A stretch of 34,747 nucleotides of DNA, taken from a virus. Its lineage: Duplodnaviria > Caudoviricetes. The notes under the pieces are model-generated. The model worked only from the letters and a program-made list of their open reading frames with translations, was not told where the DNA came from and ran no database searches. The DNA is taken from IMG/VR virus record IMGVR_UViG_3300034236_000077. One strand, written 5' to 3'. Shown one piece after another: positions 34,501 through 34,747 of this stretch (position 1 is its first letter; the number at the start of each line of letters is the position of its first letter). The position numbers were made by a program, and so were the translations under genes.

Positions 34501-34747
34501 CGTGACGGGAGCCAACACGCGCGTTCTGTCGCTCCCTGCGGGTTATGAGACGGGTTCGGTTATCCCGCAGGAGTTGGCGCTGGCGACAGACGCCACGGCG
34601 GGGTTCCAGTACGTTCGCACCTGTGCTGGCGCGCCAACTGGGGTCCCTGTGGCACACATGGGATGCGTGCCTATGTTGGTCGACTCTGCGAGCAGCCGCG
34701 TCTACTTCTACGTGAACGGCGCTTGGCGGTACACGCAACTGGCGTGA
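31577..34747 (+). CDS. Tailspike / receptor-binding protein with pectin-lyase-like beta-helix (putative depolymerase)
   Basis: DG.ADD and W.GA..NGVDND lyase-type N-terminal motifs; TIQGAG...T.IK; GLTIDDN rungs; C-terminal GF.YV.TCAG.PTG.P module. Confidence 0.8.
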   Translation: MPIELIYDSITPDTAGGVSLPALNRGGAGMYDVAAFRADLGFVLDGTADDGPRLALLAARVADEGGRIRLADPLRINASMTLGVGLEVRPGALVRPAAGVTLTLAGPVDAGHVHWIDESLGGKVRFAPGSIEALNPVHWGAPVNGVDNDGPAVRAAGLNAMATGIRVQLISGYWVIGSPNTSELVWMDGATHSVTIQGAGVGITNIKRPDNSIPDPGLDENGVQRRSLALRLFYVRNAAGHKITVNISGLTIDDNHRGNPFFAADPEGLKRQQTHCIEMVANGDEGIAELRVRDVAVHDCNTDGLKLGTMANSAFGDIFVDGFRETGRARKLRSGLCATGGFKSWHISNTSVDNLEFEFNQTNLAPSRVFLSNVLCRYKFDANVKKTIDTGVIPELYASNLRVTGKMNTGQMRGKFKNCRFVLNEPWRVQEYEWRFEGNCEVVVRHDFTIPAGTSTGGVLYALGNAGPDVLDLGGVEFSHDKYREADLTIRAQIVNPLPLLPDLPVGTVSLPVPALAAAIPAETDLFAVSANTWVRTRGHTPAGATRVLVYRTTAPILPGDAIQQDGLAVATISNPLPAPASVAIGATALPVAPLLAEIPAGKILKWGTGVYAETTGTAPVNATSIPVGPVTQPIFPSDTAIEVTLFDPAAAGVTCYVETSVSSNSPRREVKVEGCRFRGNVQALRWRGGVLSLDDNDFESVSNPAVYVLGGLPADFANRVHITNNRMHASQDMVLFPVNLTDVADIWMKGNVNTVAPLRLANLRETNVLVRGTSAAGGLTFHELDVIVFGARPTTGRWLIGQIILYPAPTGSHALGEVCITPGPSSNNTAKWDVIGSPALSTSTVTRRMATAGTTAEQYLLAGATQPTFQRRQDGQQKFGAGGSTAPDVTIDRMGPGTIRQTGASKGSAAYELRAENDAGDPVAGDIEFRGTDRGSIVFRLLAAVAGAIRFVALRMGTDRDGNRLGFGIEVTSSVTGANTRVLSLPAGYETGSVIPQELALATDATAGFQYVRTCAGAPTGVPVAHMGCVPMLVDSASSRVYFYVNGAWRYTQLA

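Larger units (their letters stand above)
1..34747. mobile_element. Transposable (Mu-like) prophage/phage, B3/BcepMu-type gene order, siphovirus-type tail; ends not in window
   Basis: DDE transposase, AAA+ ATPase, Ner-like and DUF3102-like genes on the minus strand; divergent repressor; complete lysis-head-tail module on the plus strand; no tail sheath gene; no integrase. Confidence 0.93.

Noticed and set aside
31577-34747. Diversity-generating retroelement or invertible tail-fibre cassette
   Set aside because: No reverse transcriptase, template repeat or invertase seen; the internal repeats are diverged at protein level, not adenine-specific variants

Overview
The whole window is the interior of a high-GC (roughly 70% by eye) transposable, Mu-like temperate phage or prophage with a non-contractile siphovirus-type tail. 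The layout resembles B3/BcepMu. A leftward early operon (1-8635) carries a Ner/Cro-like HTH, a DUF3102-like protein, a DDE transposase, four small genes, an HTH-fused MuB/ExeA-type AAA+ ATPase and many small Cys-rich proteins. An AT-rich divergent control region and a rightward repressor (8759-9256) follow. The rightward late arm encodes an amidase endolysin, a holin-like protein, TerS/TerL, portal, minor head protein, a protease-scaffold-capsid polyprotein, connectors, tail tube, a frameshifted tail chaperone, tape measure, tail tip proteins and a beta-helical tailspike. Neither phage end is visible. The most notable oddities are a non-canonical tRNA-Met(CAU)-like gene inside the head module, a repeated (L/V)-x-E motif and internal start in the capsid polyprotein, an internally deleted mini-SPFH gene after the portal, and a poly-G / direct-repeat / terminator block just upstream of the lysis gene. 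All product calls come from motifs and synteny read by eye; no database searches were run.
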